A DNA stretch of 64,000 nucleotides from an uncultured Chitinophagaceae bacterium. GTDB lineage: Bacteria; Bacteroidota; Bacteroidia; Chitinophagales; Chitinophagaceae. Made by a program: the position numbers and the translations under genes. The notes beneath the pieces are model-generated. The model saw only the letters and a program-made list of their open reading frames with translations. It ran no database searches and was not told where the DNA came from. Below, piece after piece: positions 56,685-64,000 of this stretch (positions are counted from its first letter, which is position 1; each line of letters begins with the position of its first letter). The stretch covers positions 681-64,680 of the forward strand of contig CAYRBD010000005.1 of assembly GCA_964422465.1 (NCBI GenBank), given 5' to 3'.

Positions 56685-57158
56685 TCAGGGTAAAATAGCA
56701 TGCCAGTTGTTGCCTTCGGCATATTCTTTACACATCGCATTACGCTCCTCCAAGTAATGAGTAATTGTTTTTTCTATACAGCGTTTACTTATAAGGGGCA
56801 AGAATCCTTTTATTTCAATTTCATACTCGATGTGGTCAATAAGAATGGTGCCGTTTTTAATGCTCTTTAAAAATATTTCATGTTCGAATTGATCAAAAAA
56901 ATCTTTTCTGAATTCCATTTTCAGGTATTCAGGAGGTCTTATTTCAGTAACTTCTATGGAGAACATCCTTACTTTTCGTCCAAATTTACCTTTCCAGGTG
57001 GTGTGATCCCTGAAACTTAATAAGCCGCTTGACTTCCCCTGCACTGCAACAATAGCATGTTCTTCAAATTGCCGTTTATGCAGACTTACACAACGCGCCA
57101 GGTCAAAAACCCGTTGAATCGGTGCATGAATAAGAGTGGTGAATTTTAATTGGGGCAT
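56685..57158 (-). CDS. SRPBCC superfamily protein
   Basis: Start set at MPQLKF. A -7 box lies inside the longer track ORF. START/Bet v1-like beta-rich pattern, with IHAPIQRVFDL as the typical first strand/helix. Confidence 0.6.
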   Translation of the reverse strand: MPQLKFTTLIHAPIQRVFDLARCVSLHKRQFEEHAIVAVQGKSSGLLSFRDHTTWKGKFGRKVRMFSIEVTEIRPPEYLKMEFRKDFFDQFEHEIFLKSIKNGTILIDHIEYEIEIKGFLPLISKRCIEKTITHYLEERNAMCKEYAEGNNWHAILP

Positions 57159-57162
57159 AACA

Positions 57163-57170
57163 CAAAGATA
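57163..57170 (-). promoter_or_regulatory. -7 promoter box TATCTTTG abutting the SRPBCC gene start
   Basis: Plus-strand CAAAGATA lies 4 nt from the ATG at 57158. Confidence 0.35.
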
Positions 57171-57182
57171 GGAAAACAACCT

Positions 57183-58994
57183 TTATGCTTCTTCTGCCTT
57201 TTGCCTTTTTTGATAACGCTTGCGTTCTTCTTCGCTAAGCAAAACCTTTCGCATGCGAATGTGCCGGGGAGTCACCTCAATACACTCGTCCTGCTGTATA
57301 TACTCCATACATTCTTCCAATGACATTTGAACTTTGGGAGCGATGCGGGAGGCATCATCGCTTCCGCTTGCACGCATGTTGGTGAGTTTCTTCCCTTCGG
57401 TAATGTTCACGACCAGATCGCCCGGGCGAATGTGTTCCCCAATGACCTGACCCGTATAGACTTCCTCGCCGGGATCAATAAAAAACGATCCCCGGTCCTG
57501 AAGCTTATCCAGGGAATAGGCCGTAGAAGTACCTTTATTTTTGGCAATAAGTACGCCGTTGATGCGGGATGCAATGTGTCCTTTCCAGGGCTTATATTCT
57601 GTAAACCGGTGAGAAAGAATAGCCTCTCCTGCTGTGCTGGTGAGCATCTGCGAGCGCAACCCAATCAGACCACGGGAAGGAATTTCAAACTCAAGATGCT
57701 GGACTTCTCCTTTTGATTCCATCACCTGAAGCTCCCCTTTTCGTTGTGTTACCAGGTCAATGGCTTTACCGCTATAAGTATCCGGCACATCTACCACCAG
57801 TTGTTCAAAAGGCTCGCACCTTTTACCGTCAATTTCTTTCTCAATCACCTGAGGCTGGCCAATTTGCAGTTCATAGCCTTCGCGGCGCATGGTTTCTATC
57901 AAAACGCTTAAATGTAAAATTCCCCTGCCATAAACCAGAAAACTGTCTGAATTTTCGGTCTCCAGCACTTTCATGGCCAGATTTTTCTCCAGTTCTTTCA
58001 TCAACCGGTCGCGCAGATGGCGGCTGGTTACAAATTTCCCATCGCGTCCAAAAAAAGGAGAGGTATTAATGCTGAACTGCATGTTCATAGTAGGTTCATC
58101 TACTGCAATTACAGGAAGCGGCTCAGGGTTTTCCCGGTCTGCAAGCGTATCTCCGATGTTGAAACCTTCTATCCCGACTACTGCACAAATATCTCCTGCG
58201 GCCACTTCATTGGTTTTTTTCTTCCCCATCCCTTCAAAAGTATATAATTCCTTCACCCGGGAGGAAGCAATTTCTCCATTGGCCCGGCAAAGCGCCACAG
58301 TAGCACCGGCTTTAATCTTCCCACGGGCTACCTTCCCTACGGCAATACGGCCCAGAAAGTTGCTATAATCAAGGGAGGTGATCTGCATTTGAAGATTTCC
58401 TTCCGTTACCGCGGGAGCAGGCACCTTCTCCAATATGGTATCCAATAGCGGGGTAATATCCGCCCCCGGCTCCAGTGAAGAATTGAACCAGCCTTGTTTG
58501 GAAGAGCCAAACAGCGTTGGAAAATCCAATTGCTCCTCGGTAGCGCCTAAGTTGAAAAACAATTCAAATACGGCATCATGCACCTCTTCGGGACGACAAT
58601 TGGGTTTATCTACTTTGTTGATCACCACAATAGGACGTAAATCCAGTTGAAGCGCTTTTTGCAGTACAAAACGGGTTTGCGGCATGGGTCCTTCAAAAGC
58701 ATCCACCAGCAATAAAACCCCATCAGCCATCTTTAAGACTCTTTCTACTTCCCCGCCAAAATCAGAGTGGCCGGGGGTGTCAATCACATTTATCTTTACA
58801 TCTTTATAAAAGACACTTGCATTTTTTGAAAAAATAGTGATCCCTCTCTCTCTTTCCAGCTCATTGCTGTCCATAATAAGATCATCCGTATTCTCATTTT
58901 CCCGAAAGACCTGTGTCTGGTGTAAGATTTTGTCAACAAGGGTTGTTTTTCCATGGTCAACATGGGCTATAATAGCGATATTCCGAATCTCCAT
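57183..58994 (-). CDS. typA: Translational GTPase TypA/BipA
   Basis: Start set at [19 protein letters not shown] motifs [14 protein letters not shown] and NKVD. EF-G-like domains. Confidence 0.95.
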   Translation of the reverse strand: MEIRNIAIIAHVDHGKTTLVDKILHQTQVFRENENTDDLIMDSNELERERGITIFSKNASVFYKDVKINVIDTPGHSDFGGEVERVLKMADGVLLLVDAFEGPMPQTRFVLQKALQLDLRPIVVINKVDKPNCRPEEVHDAVFELFFNLGATEEQLDFPTLFGSSKQGWFNSSLEPGADITPLLDTILEKVPAPAVTEGNLQMQITSLDYSNFLGRIAVGKVARGKIKAGATVALCRANGEIASSRVKELYTFEGMGKKKTNEVAAGDICAVVGIEGFNIGDTLADRENPEPLPVIAVDEPTMNMQFSINTSPFFGRDGKFVTSRHLRDRLMKELEKNLAMKVLETENSDSFLVYGRGILHLSVLIETMRREGYELQIGQPQVIEKEIDGKRCEPFEQLVVDVPDTYSGKAIDLVTQRKGELQVMESKGEVQHLEFEIPSRGLIGLRSQMLTSTAGEAILSHRFTEYKPWKGHIASRINGVLIAKNKGTSTAYSLDKLQDRGSFFIDPGEEVYTGQVIGEHIRPGDLVVNITEGKKLTNMRASGSDDASRIAPKVQMSLEECMEYIQQDECIEVTPRHIRMRKVLLSEEERKRYQKRQKAEEA

Positions 58995-59028
58995 AAACTT
59001 TTCTCCCGCGTTTTTTCTAAAGCGGGCG

Positions 59029-59036
59029 CAAAGGTA
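59029..59036 (-). promoter_or_regulatory. -7 promoter box TACCTTTG for typA
   Basis: Plus-strand CAAAGGTA lies 35 nt upstream of the ATG at 58994. Confidence 0.4.
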
Positions 59037-59116
59037 CAAAGAATTTGAAGGTTTACACGCCTAATTTGTGATAATGCTTTTTCTGTTTTTGTAATACAAA
59101 CAATGAACGGAGAAAT

Positions 59117-61333
59117 CTATTGCTCCTTCTTCAAATACAATTGTACGGCCTTTATCTCCGGATAAGAAAAACCATTCCCAGACTTTTCTCTGATTCCAGA
59201 AGAAGTAGCTTCCGGGTTTTCTTTTATTATGGAAGATAAGGCCGCTACTTTTTCCGGGGTAAATAGTTCATAAATGGAAATTTCTCCCGCAGGTATAAAT
59301 GTAATCAAATGATTGAGAATGGTGTTCTCCTTAAGCTCACGGAGCTTAGCAATTTCCGCCGTATTTTTGTGTGTTTTAAAGAGCGACAGCGACAGCCGGG
59401 CTGAATCTCCTTTTTGTGGTTTAACGGGTTTCTCCGTCTCTGGTTCTGCTGCCTCCTCCCTTTTGGACCGATACCGCGCTGTAGCGGCATCTATCAGCAT
59501 TTGTGATTCTTTAGCTTGCAACAGGCCTTCGGTAATGGTTTGTGCCTGGTCAAGCTGTAATTTCTTCTCCTTAAAAACCTCTAACAGGTTCTGTAACAAA
59601 CGGACCTTTTTCTTTGTCCGTTTCTTAGCGCTTAACTCCTGGATATGTTTATTGATTTCCTTTATGATTTTCTCCTCCAACTCCCGGGTAAACCATTCTA
59701 CCGCAGCTTGTGTTCGCTCGTGTAAACGCGGATAAGCCGTTTTTTTCTGCAGGAGTTTTTCCAGCGCCGGAATAAATTTTAAACCCACTTTTTGCTGCTC
59801 CAGAAGTTGAGCTTTCAACTCGTTAATCCAGCCGGTTTCTAGTAAGCGGGATTGTGTTTGGCCAGGGGTGGATGTTTCCTGATATTGATCCAACCGGATC
59901 AACAGCCTATCCCAGTTAAATGCGGAAAGGACCGACTGGTGCAGAAACAGTTTCTGCGCTTCTTCCAATGTCTTATCCAGTTCTTCTTCCGGCAGCTCTT
60001 TTTTTGCAAACTGCAACACCTTTTCATCCGTCCGAATGCTGTAGGGCGTAATCTGAGAACGCAGGACCAGCCCCTCCAGGCTGGTGAGCCGGCTTAAGGC
60101 CACATATACCTGTCCTGCCGCAAAAGCACGCCCGGCATCAATGATGGCTTTGTTGAAAGTCAGCCCCTGACTCTTATGGATGGTAACAGCCCAGGCCAGC
60201 CGGATGGGATACTGCCTGAAAGAGCCAATTTCTTTTTCCTTTACATTATCCTTTTCCTCATCATACTGATAACGGACGTTGCGCCAGGTCTCTTTGGTCA
60301 GTTCTAAGAGCTCCTGCTCTCCGGGAAATTTAATATAAATCTTATCTCCCTCAATACGTTGAATCGTTCCCGTTTTACCGTTAAAGTACCGCCGGTCTTC
60401 CCCTTTATCATTTTTAATAAACATGATCTGAGCCCCGCTTTTCAATTCCAGAACCTTGTCTGCCGGGTAAGCGCTCTCAGGGAAGTCTCCCTCAAGATCA
60501 GCTTGTTGCTTATACGTACGACCGGACAACTTGTCCAGTTCTCTCCTGTTGATTTGGTCAGCCAGGTAGTTATGCGAGGTAAGGGTAATATATCCGTCTT
60601 CCTTGCAGGGAATAAAATCCGGTTGGTAATAGCGGTCCAGCAAATGCAGTTCCTCAACAGAGCAACAATTATTGCGGATGTTATTCAACAGGGTAATGAA
60701 AGCAGGATCATCCTGACGATATATTTTTTTTAGTTCTAAATAAATGGGAGGAGCCTCTTTAATGACGCGGGCATTAAAGAAAAACGGGCCTTCGTAAAAG
60801 GGCTGCATAAGCTGCCAGTCCTGATTTTTTACTACAGGAGGTAATTGAAACAGGTCACCTATGAATATCATCTGTAAGCCACCGAAGGGTTCGTGATGTC
60901 TGCGACGGATGTGCCTGAGCAGGATATCTACTGCATCCAGCAGGTCTGCACGAACCATTGATATCTCGTCTATGATCAAGAGGTCCAATTCCCGAATCAG
61001 GTCTCTTTTTTTTCGACGTATGCGAGACTGGCTCAGCAGTTGGTTGGTATTATACACCCGGCTGTCCATTTGATTCCAGCCATCGTTTTTATTGGCAATG
61101 AAAGTGCCGAAGGGCAACTGAAAAAAGGAATGGAGGGTTACTCCTCCGGCATTTATTGCGGCTACCCCCGTAGGAGCCACTACCACCAGTTTTTTAAAGG
61201 TATGTTCCCGAATGTATTTTAAAAAGGTGGTCTTTCCGGTACCGGCCTTCCCGGTAAGAAATAAATGTTGATCGGTATGGTTTACTATGGAGACCGCTCT
61301 TCTAAATTGGGCATTCGTATCATCCACCTGCAT
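59117..61333 (-). CDS. PIF1/RecD-like superfamily 1 helicase with a C-terminal HTH-like extension
   Basis: Start set at MQVDD (ATG 61333, with a -7 box 19 nt upstream). Walker A GKAGTGKTT, Walker B LLIIDEISM, and motifs GDLFQLPPV and TIHKSQGLT. About 300 aa of helical C-terminal region. Confidence 0.85.
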   Translation of the reverse strand: MQVDDTNAQFRRAVSIVNHTDQHLFLTGKAGTGKTTFLKYIREHTFKKLVVVAPTGVAAINAGGVTLHSFFQLPFGTFIANKNDGWNQMDSRVYNTNQLLSQSRIRRKKRDLIRELDLLIIDEISMVRADLLDAVDILLRHIRRRHHEPFGGLQMIFIGDLFQLPPVVKNQDWQLMQPFYEGPFFFNARVIKEAPPIYLELKKIYRQDDPAFITLLNNIRNNCCSVEELHLLDRYYQPDFIPCKEDGYITLTSHNYLADQINRRELDKLSGRTYKQQADLEGDFPESAYPADKVLELKSGAQIMFIKNDKGEDRRYFNGKTGTIQRIEGDKIYIKFPGEQELLELTKETWRNVRYQYDEEKDNVKEKEIGSFRQYPIRLAWAVTIHKSQGLTFNKAIIDAGRAFAAGQVYVALSRLTSLEGLVLRSQITPYSIRTDEKVLQFAKKELPEEELDKTLEEAQKLFLHQSVLSAFNWDRLLIRLDQYQETSTPGQTQSRLLETGWINELKAQLLEQQKVGLKFIPALEKLLQKKTAYPRLHERTQAAVEWFTRELEEKIIKEINKHIQELSAKKRTKKKVRLLQNLLEVFKEKKLQLDQAQTITEGLLQAKESQMLIDAATARYRSKREEAAEPETEKPVKPQKGDSARLSLSLFKTHKNTAEIAKLRELKENTILNHLITFIPAGEISIYELFTPEKVAALSSIIKENPEATSSGIREKSGNGFSYPEIKAVQLYLKKEQ

Positions 61334-61351
61334 GGTCTGTTTTTTTATCTC

Positions 61352-61359
61352 CAAAGATA
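61352..61359 (-). promoter_or_regulatory. -7 promoter box TATCTTTG for the helicase gene
   Basis: Plus-strand CAAAGATA sits in the 35 nt gap between the anmK stop and the helicase ATG. Confidence 0.4.
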
Positions 61360-61368
61360 AGAAATCTT

Positions 61369-62481
61369 TTACCAGCCTTCCTGCCCCATCCAAAGCGCAC
61401 CGCCAATGCTGGCATGCGAAGCACCGGTTACCGAAGGCAAGGTAGTGTTGTTCTCTCGCCACCGCAGGGCTCCGAGTAGCGCCATTACAACCGCTTCTTT
61501 GTACTGGATGGTTTCTTCATCGGGGAGAATAAGTGCTGCCGGATGCTCTACAAGCTGCTCCCGTAGGCGCTCTACCAGAAAGGTATTAAAAGCTCCACCG
61601 CCGGTAACCAACAACCGGTAGTCGCTGGTCAGGGGGTTTTTATCAATAAGCAATTGAGCAATACTTTTTTCAAATTGCAGGGCTATATGTTCTGTAAAGG
61701 TGCGCAGCCCATCGGCCGGTGTCAGATCATATTTTTCAATCAGGGGCAACAGAATTTCGGTTCCAAATTCATTGGCCAGGGATTTGGGAGGTGTTTGTTG
61801 GTAGTAATCCTGCGCGTTCAGCTCCTGCAATAAGTCCCTATGGATATTCCCCGTGGCGGCAATTTCTCCTCCCCGGTCAAATGCCTTACCCATTTGAGCA
61901 GCCAGTGCATTTAATACCCGGTTAGCCGGGCAAATATCATAAGCGGTAACCCGTTCTTCCTCTTCATCGTGAAAAGAGATATTGGCAATTCCCCCCAGAT
62001 TTAAGAAAAGCTGATAATCTGGAAATAACAACTGCTCTCCCATGGGAACCAGCGGAGCACCCTGTCCACCCAGGGCCACATCAAAATTACGCAAGTCGGA
62101 AACAACGGCTACCCCCGTTTCGGCAGCAATAGCGGCACCGTCTCCTATCTGAGCCGTCATTTTTTGATCCGGGCGATGAAAAACCGTATGCCCATGAGAG
62201 GCAATCAGGTCCATTTGCATTTGGATCCCCTTCTTTTCAATAAAACGATTGACCTGGCAGCCGGTATAATGCCCATAATCGGCATGTAAAAGGGCATATT
62301 CAAGAGCGGTTGCTAAAGGGGCATTCTTTAGCCTGTGCTGCCATTCTTCATTATAAGGAAGGCAATCAGCAGCCTTGATCACATAGCTCCATCTTCCTTT
62401 ATTTTCAAGAAGATGAACAAAAACAACATCCAGCCCATCCAACGAACTCCCAGACATCAACCCCATAGCCTTATAAACCAT
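61369..62481 (-). CDS. anmK: Anhydro-N-acetylmuramic acid kinase
   Basis: N-terminal GLMSGSSLDGLD motif, plus NLGGIANIS and GGGAFN motifs. Confidence 0.92.
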   Translation of the reverse strand: MVYKAMGLMSGSSLDGLDVVFVHLLENKGRWSYVIKAADCLPYNEEWQHRLKNAPLATALEYALLHADYGHYTGCQVNRFIEKKGIQMQMDLIASHGHTVFHRPDQKMTAQIGDGAAIAAETGVAVVSDLRNFDVALGGQGAPLVPMGEQLLFPDYQLFLNLGGIANISFHDEEEERVTAYDICPANRVLNALAAQMGKAFDRGGEIAATGNIHRDLLQELNAQDYYQQTPPKSLANEFGTEILLPLIEKYDLTPADGLRTFTEHIALQFEKSIAQLLIDKNPLTSDYRLLVTGGGAFNTFLVERLREQLVEHPAALILPDEETIQYKEAVVMALLGALRWRENNTTLPSVTGASHASIGGALWMGQEGW

Positions 62482-62497
62482 TGCTTTAAGATTTTTG

Positions 62498-62505
62498 CAA
62501 AGGTA
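62498..62505 (-). promoter_or_regulatory. -7 promoter box TACCTTTG for anmK
   Basis: Plus-strand CAAAGGTA lies 17 nt upstream of the ATG at 62481. Confidence 0.4.
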
Positions 62506-62582
62506 ACCTGCGGAAGTGGAAAGCCCAAAGCAAACAAACAGCGCCCGGTTCTGCTACTGCCAATTGCAAACTACAACCCCGC

Positions 62583-63248
62583 CTACTTCCCCCTCTCAAA
62601 TCTTGCGATAACAGACTGGCCGGCTTTAACCTTATCTTTTAACTGCACCTCCAAATGAATGTCCGTTGGCAATAACAGATCCACGCGGGAGCCGAATTTA
62701 ATAAAGCCCAATTCACCCGTTTGAGAAATCTCCATATCCGGCTTCAGGTAATTCACAATGCGGCGGGCCATTGCTCCGGCAATCTGGCGAACGAGGATAT
62801 CTCCATGTTTTTCATGCCGGATGACATTGGTATGCCGCTCATTCAGGGTAGATGATTTTGGATGCCAGGCCACCAGATATTTCCCGGGATGATAAGCAGA
62901 AAGTTTTACGGTTCCACTCACAGGATTGCTGTTGGCATGCACATTTAACGGGCTCATGAAGATAGAAACCTGTAATCGTTTTTCTTTAAAATATTCCGGT
63001 TCAAAAGTTTCCTCAATAGCCACTACCGTACCATCAGCAGGGGCAATAATTGCATTCTCATCTCTCGTTTTTACCCGATCGGGAACCCGAAAAAAGGAAA
63101 CGATCCATAAGAAAACAAGGATTGAAATAAGGGTAAGAACCCAGTTTAGAGCTATTATGGGCACAGCAAGCCATAAAATAACATCTACGGCCAAAAGAAT
63201 AAAAAAAGCAATCCCTATGGATGCATATCCTTCCTTGTGAATATACAT
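62583..63248 (-). CDS. psd: Phosphatidylserine decarboxylase family protein (short form)
   Basis: Two N-terminal TM helices, the FMSPLNVH motif, and the FGSRVD self-processing G-S site. First ATG at 63248; the track start at 63254 is TTG. Confidence 0.88.
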   Translation of the reverse strand: MYIHKEGYASIGIAFFILLAVDVILWLAVPIIALNWVLTLISILVFLWIVSFFRVPDRVKTRDENAIIAPADGTVVAIEETFEPEYFKEKRLQVSIFMSPLNVHANSNPVSGTVKLSAYHPGKYLVAWHPKSSTLNERHTNVIRHEKHGDILVRQIAGAMARRIVNYLKPDMEISQTGELGFIKFGSRVDLLLPTDIHLEVQLKDKVKAGQSVIARFERGK

Positions 63249-63269
63249 AAGCAATGTGGGTTAAGATTG

Positions 63270-63277
63270 CAAAAGTA
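63270..63277 (-). promoter_or_regulatory. -7 promoter box TACTTTTG for psd
   Basis: Plus-strand CAAAAGTA lies 22 nt upstream of the ATG at 63248. Confidence 0.4.
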
Positions 63278-63345
63278 CATATTTAATCCCATCCTCTTTT
63301 TAGTAAGATAATTCCTATCTTTAACCCTCTAAAAGATTTTCCTAT

Positions 63346-64000
63346 ATGCCCAAAATGAAGACCTCCCGCCGACAGGCGTTAAAGCAATTAAGTGGCTTAG
63401 CGTTGGGGACACAATTCCTCAATCCCCTTTCTCCTTTTAAAAATGACGAGTTATCTTTCTCCCGGTTGGAAAAAAGAAAGCAGCCTGTTAAAAACTATGA
63501 GCAGCCCCACCTTATTTTCATCATGACGGACCAACAGCGGGCAGATGCATTAGGCTGTGCCGGAAATCCGGAGGTCATCACGCCCAATATTGACAAACTT
63601 GCTGAAGAAGGCGCCTTATTTACCCAGACTTACAGCCCGGTACCCAGTTGTACCCCGGCCAGAAGCTGTTTATTGACAGGAATGGAACCCTGGCACAACG
63701 GCATGCTGGGATATGGCCGCGTAGCCCGGAAGTATAAATATGAGCTGCCGCGCATGATTCGGGAAGGAGGCTATTATACCTTTTGCGTAGGAAAAAACCA
63801 TTGGTTTCCGCAAAAATCTTTACATGGATTTAACGGTGCACTGGTGGATGAAAGTGGCCGGATCGAACAAGATGGATACATCAGCGATTATCGGGATTGG
63901 TTTAAGCTGGTAGCGCCGGGAGAAAACCCGGACAAGACCGGACTGGGCTGGAACAGCCGCCTGGCGAAGCCTTTTGCACTGGATGAAAAATTACACCCCA
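63346..64000 (+). CDS. Sulfatase (Cys-type formylglycine enzyme), N-terminal part (3' end outside the window)
   Basis: Read directly from the sequence: MPKMKTSRRQALKQLSG (Tat-like RR signal), IFIMTDQQRADALG, and the C-x-P-x-R motif in PSCTPARSCLLTG. The frame is open to the window end. Confidence 0.85.
   Translation, partial: MPKMKTSRRQALKQLSGLALGTQFLNPLSPFKNDELSFSRLEKRKQPVKNYEQPHLIFIMTDQQRADALGCAGNPEVITPNIDKLAEEGALFTQTYSPVPSCTPARSCLLTGMEPWHNGMLGYGRVARKYKYELPRMIREGGYYTFCVGKNHWFPQKSLHGFNGALVDESGRIEQDGYISDYRDWFKLVAPGENPDKTGLGWNSRLAKPFALDEKLHP

Noticed and set aside
1-64000. Search for CRISPR arrays, rRNA or tRNA genes, IS elements or transposases, integrases, and prophage or toxin-antitoxin modules.
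   Set aside because: No spaced direct repeats were found, no intergenic region is long enough or structured like an RNA gene, and no ORF carries DDE, tyrosine- or serine-recombinase or phage structural signatures.

Overview
This window looks like a chromosomal segment of a Bacteroidota bacterium. Supporting evidence: a gldA/gldF/gldG-type gliding ABC operon, a GLPGLI-family protein, CarbopepD/plug/beta-barrel outer membrane proteins, signal peptides ending in AQ, and repeated TAnnTTTG -7 promoter boxes upstream of start codons.

I call 59 protein-coding genes, densely packed on both strands. Most are housekeeping: nadD, rmuC, dnaG, tsaE, tatD, ansA, glgP-like, nadK, ggt, birA, rsfS, ftsH, fabD, typA, anmK, psd. 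I recognised no rRNA, tRNA, CRISPR array, transposase, integrase or phage structural gene.

Accessory or less ordinary content:
- A compact BglII/BstYI-like type II restriction-modification cassette sits between rmuC and dnaG.
- An XRE-HTH/S24 repressor resembles the non-canonical Bacteroidetes LexA. A perfect-armed palindrome lies between its promoter box and its ATG.
- There are three efflux systems: an RND tripartite operon, a TetR-controlled HlyD/MFS/TolC cassette with a duplicated promoter-operator module, and an SMR SugE-like gene.
- A co-directional string encodes a membrane-anchored patatin lipase, a CarbopepD/plug/barrel outer membrane protein and a GLPGLI protein.
- The GT35 phosphorylase homolog appears to have Thr in place of the PLP-binding Lys.
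- Several orphans are present: a 437 aa secreted helical protein, a 204 aa lipoprotein and a radical SAM/SPASM enzyme with no visible substrate gene.

I did not find a convincing, clearly novel multi-gene system. The items above are the best candidates and are graded accordingly. All functional calls rest on motif recognition by eye in the supplied translations. No database search was run.
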